From the NCBI GenBank assembly GCA_030145085.1, contig JAQYWG010000004.1:1-48480 (forward strand): 48,480 nucleotides of DNA. Reading direction: 5' to 3'. The stretch comes from Thermodesulfobacteriota bacterium (lineage in GTDB: Bacteria > Desulfobacterota > BSN033 > WVXP01 > G020346125). Under the pieces are notes generated by a model that saw nothing but the letters and a program-made list of their open reading frames with translations, made no database searches and had not been told where the DNA came from. Of this stretch, positions 47,778 through 48,480 are shown piece by piece. The translations under genes and the position numbers were made by a program. Each line of letters begins with the position of its first letter. Position 1 is the stretch's first letter.

Positions 47778-48437
47778 CTACTCCTTCTCTCCCTCTACCC
47801 CTGCCTCTTCTGCAACCTCCTCGACCTCCTCGGCTTCGGCCACCTCTTCCTCGGCCTCCTCTTCAACGACCACCTTCTCCACCGTAGGTGGTACTACGGT
47901 GGCAAGGGTGGTGGCAGAATCGACCAGGATCTTTCCCTTCTCCAGCCCGATATCGCCGATATGAATTGTATCCCCTATATCCAGATGAGAGACATCTACC
48001 TCTATGTTTTGCGGAATATCAGCGGGAAGACACTCCACCGTAATTTCCCTCGTTATCTGCTCCATGACGCCCCCCATCTTAACCCCTTCGGGTTTCCCCA
48101 CAAGAACGATGGGTACCTCCACGCTAATTTCCTCATCCATCACTACCTCGAATAGATCGGCATGGATACATTGATCCTTAAGGGGATCGAGCTGCAAATC
48201 CCTAACCACTACCACCTTCTGGGCCGCTTTCTTTCCGTTTTGAATCATCAGGTCAATGAGCACGTTCTCTCCCAAGTGAATGGTTTTCATCAACTCCTTC
48301 GTATCTAGGGTAAGGGGAACCGGGTCCGTCCGGGGGCCATAACAGATAGCTGGTACCAGCCCCTTCCGGCGTAGCTTTCTTGAAGCCTCCTTCCCAAATT
48401 GGGTTCGTAATTTGGCCAATAGCTTCGGTCTGGGCAT
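47778..48437 (-). CDS. rplY: 50S ribosomal protein L25 / Ctc
   Basis: SRKLRRKGLVPAICYG, HADL, C-terminal TL5 domain and acidic tail; upstream of pth. Confidence 0.95.
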   Translation of the reverse strand: MPRPKLLAKLRTQFGKEASRKLRRKGLVPAICYGPRTDPVPLTLDTKELMKTIHLGENVLIDLMIQNGKKAAQKVVVVRDLQLDPLKDQCIHADLFEVVMDEEISVEVPIVLVGKPEGVKMGGVMEQITREITVECLPADIPQNIEVDVSHLDIGDTIHIGDIGLEKGKILVDSATTLATVVPPTVEKVVVEEEAEEEVAEAEEVEEVAEEAGVEGEKE

Positions 48438-48480
48438 CCTTTCCTCCTTCAGATTCCTAAACGAAAAGCGAGCTCACCGA

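Overview
Mostly housekeeping chromosome from a likely Desulfobacterota (deltaproteobacterial) genome; the taxon is inferred from gene order and repeat types. About 44 CDS are present, most on the minus strand. They include the rimP-nusA-ylxR-infB-ylxP-rbfA-truB-rpsO-pnp cluster followed by an M16 peptidase, dut, xerD, a DHH/CBS tRNA nucleotidyltransferase, a site-2 protease and scpA. Also present are ihfB, hup, selB, gatCA, valS, a RomR-like regulator, dgt, a second (loop-less, CC-adding-type) nucleotidyltransferase, galE, pyrE, ychF, a DacZ-like diadenylate cyclase, a membrane pyrophosphatase, pth and rplY. I saw no rRNA, tRNA, CRISPR array or intact transposase. The unusual content is intergenic: (i) four copies of a TIR-bounded repeat, each carrying 39-bp REP-like units, two with a further mini-element inserted; (ii) palindromes nested three deep at GAGCTC centres; (iii) a CCTGAGTTT...AAACTCAGG element family containing 8- and 9-mer tandem arrays; (iv) a TIR-bounded, internally deleted four-helix-bundle gene remnant flanked by inverted octamer arrays; (v) an unannotated sbcD'-'sbcC deletion scar. 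All protein family calls come from motif recognition by eye, not database searches.
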